Part shown: positions 24,434-24,568 of the stretch, piece by piece | Numbering within the stretch: the stretch's first letter is position 1 | How the letters are laid out: every line of letters begins with the position of its first letter | Virus record (IMG/VR): IMGVR_UViG_3300046028_005144 | Span: 1-24,568 of that record | Strand: one strand, 5' to 3' | Length of the DNA: 24,568 nt | Source of the DNA: a virus | Taxonomy: Duplodnaviria > Caudoviricetes | Notes under the pieces: model-generated | Databases searched by the model: none | Told to the model about the DNA's origin: nothing | The model's input: the letters and a program-made list of their open reading frames with translations, nothing else | Program-made: the position numbers and the translations under genes

Positions 24434-24568
24434 ATGGAAAACGAAAACACCAAAGTAAGGGTTGCGTTGGGATATACGCTTAACCTAGGTAACTTTCAGT
24501 CACTAAGAATTGACTTGGAAGTATCAGACAGCAAGAGAGATAGTGAAAACACTAACGAAGCTTTTGAG
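24434..24568 (+). CDS. Hypothetical protein, N-terminal part (truncated at window end; not in ORF track)
   Basis: ATG at 24434 (or 24428) opens MENENTKVRVALGYTLNLGNFQSLRIDLEVSDSKRDSENTNEAFE to the window edge. Purine-rich AGAAAGA upstream. Confidence 0.75.
   Translation, partial: MENENTKVRVALGYTLNLGNFQSLRIDLEVSDSKRDSENTNEAFE

Noticed and set aside
1-24568. Stop-codon reassignment, introns or inteins
   Set aside because: Genes tile densely under the standard code, with TAA, TAG and TGA all used as stops. No intein end motifs or interrupted genes were seen.

Overview
A 24.6 kb, AT-rich (roughly 38-40% GC by eye), all-plus-strand virion morphogenesis module of a large tailed phage with a long non-contractile tail. 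No sheath gene is visible. Gene order: 3' end of the major capsid protein, a hypothetical, head-tail adaptor, head closure, HK97-gp10-like neck protein, tail terminator, tail tube, two paralogous tail assembly chaperones, a 2576-aa tape measure, a putative distal tail protein, a 1989-aa tail-tip/hub protein, several minor tail proteins, an Mtd-N-type fibre with a small partner gene, a MerR-like HTH protein and the start of the next gene. Leaderless starts and the gene set suggest an actinobacterial host (inference only). Most notable: (1) the usual G/G-T frameshift pair appears replaced by a gene duplication, a fused long chaperone plus a separate short paralog, each with its own promoter; (2) the tail hub carries several in-frame, partly nested fibre-derived modules; (3) a TGnTATAATTAA promoter motif occupies nearly every intergenic gap; (4) CCGG, GCGC and CGCG were not found in a manual scan; (5) the tape measure has a duplicated C-terminal-type motif, a large basic insert and a perfect 3x51-bp repeat. 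Product calls rest on motif recognition and synteny, not database searches.
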